From Hormiphora californensis (lineage: Eukaryota; Animalia; Ctenophora), in assembly GCA_020137815.1 (NCBI GenBank), contig CM035350.1, positions 1,116,001-1,180,000 of the forward strand: a stretch of 64,000 nt of DNA. Reading direction: 5' to 3'. Every line of letters begins with the position of its first letter. The stretch's first letter is position 1. Made by a program: the position numbers and the translations under genes. This document shows, piece by piece, positions 63,087 to 64,000 of this stretch. The notes beneath the pieces are model-generated. The model searched no databases. It was given only the letters and a program-made list of their open reading frames with translations, and had not been told where the DNA came from.

Positions 63087-64000
63087 ATCTGGAGCTCTAA
63101 ATAGGTCTACAATCCACAGATACACAGATACACAGTTTCGTTCTGGAATTCTTGTATGTATTTGTTTGTTGCATGTATTTATTTTCTCTCTCTTTCTCTC
63201 CATCTTGATAAACATGATTACCACTGTAATTGCAGTAAATGATTTACCTGTACACATTTCCTGCCATGTCTCCAACTATCAGCTCTTGTTTACCTCTGTC
63301 TCACTATTTTATCTTTCCTCTCTTTATTCGCATCTCTTCCTCGTTACCTCGATTCATTTTCTCTGCAACTCTCGCCTCTCTAGTCTTTTCTCGTTAGCGC
63401 AGCCTTTCTTTCTTTCTTTCTTCTATCGTTTTTTCTCTCCCACTTTCTTTTTCTCTATCTTTAGAGATCTCTCTCTCTCACACTCGCCCATTCTCTCTCT
63501 CACTCTCCCATGCAACTATAACCTCGTTGGTTCGATGCACACATGCTCTACACATCCATTAAGGTAGGGAGAGGACCTCTCTCTCCCGTCTGGGCACATC
63601 TTTTTCCATCTTTAGCAGGGCTCTCTCTAGTTATCATAGCACCTCTCTGTACATTTGTGCTATTCCTTGAACTAGCTACTCCCTGCTGGGGGGGGGGGGT
63701 ACTGGAGAGGGGCTAACGGCTGCCGTTCCTGACACATCTTTGACGGGGGGGGGGGGGGGGGAGAGGTATTAAAATTCACTTTCGGGTCTGAAATTCTAGT
63801 TGACATATTGAGATGTAATGATGGCTTCAGTGGGTTTATGAGTTGTTATTAGCACTGTTTATTAATTGGGGCGGGGTACTAAATGTGTAACAGGGAATGA
63901 TAGTAACAACGTGCTCTTGAGCATTAATATCCGGCCTCGCTAGAAGTAGTAAGAGTGAATTGCTTAGGAATGGCTGAGAGAGAGAGAGAGAGAGAGAGAG

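Overview
Gene-dense eukaryotic (invertebrate-animal-like; a ctenophore is plausible but cannot be proven from this window) DNA with short GT-AG introns, (GA)n microsatellites and many non-autonomous transposons. A minus-strand run (tankyrase, alanyl-tRNA synthetase, C2CD3-like) and a plus-strand run (ATP5S/DMAC2L, TMEM237-like, CPSF3, NSD-type SET methyltransferase, unknown gene) diverge from ~23.1-26.2 kb. Further along lie a SAM-domain gene whose putative introns hold a retroelement pile-up (Penelope, CRE, CR1-type ORF1, RTEX-like, MULE-like) and two tandem alpha-tubulin genes; a sushi-domain gene occupies the left end. Most notable: (1) operon-like spacing with a 3' splice acceptor just before almost every start codon, suggesting SL trans-splicing; (2) a CPSF3 intron built from ~45 tandem 30-nt GT...AG units; (3) AlaRS carrying an N-terminal EF1B/GST-C-like appendage and two possible acceptor/ATG pairs; (4) a mirror-symmetric Penelope composite with U3-A8 hammerhead-like motifs. 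Several essential genes carry single-base frameshifts that are probably assembly errors. Exon coordinates were read by eye and are approximate.
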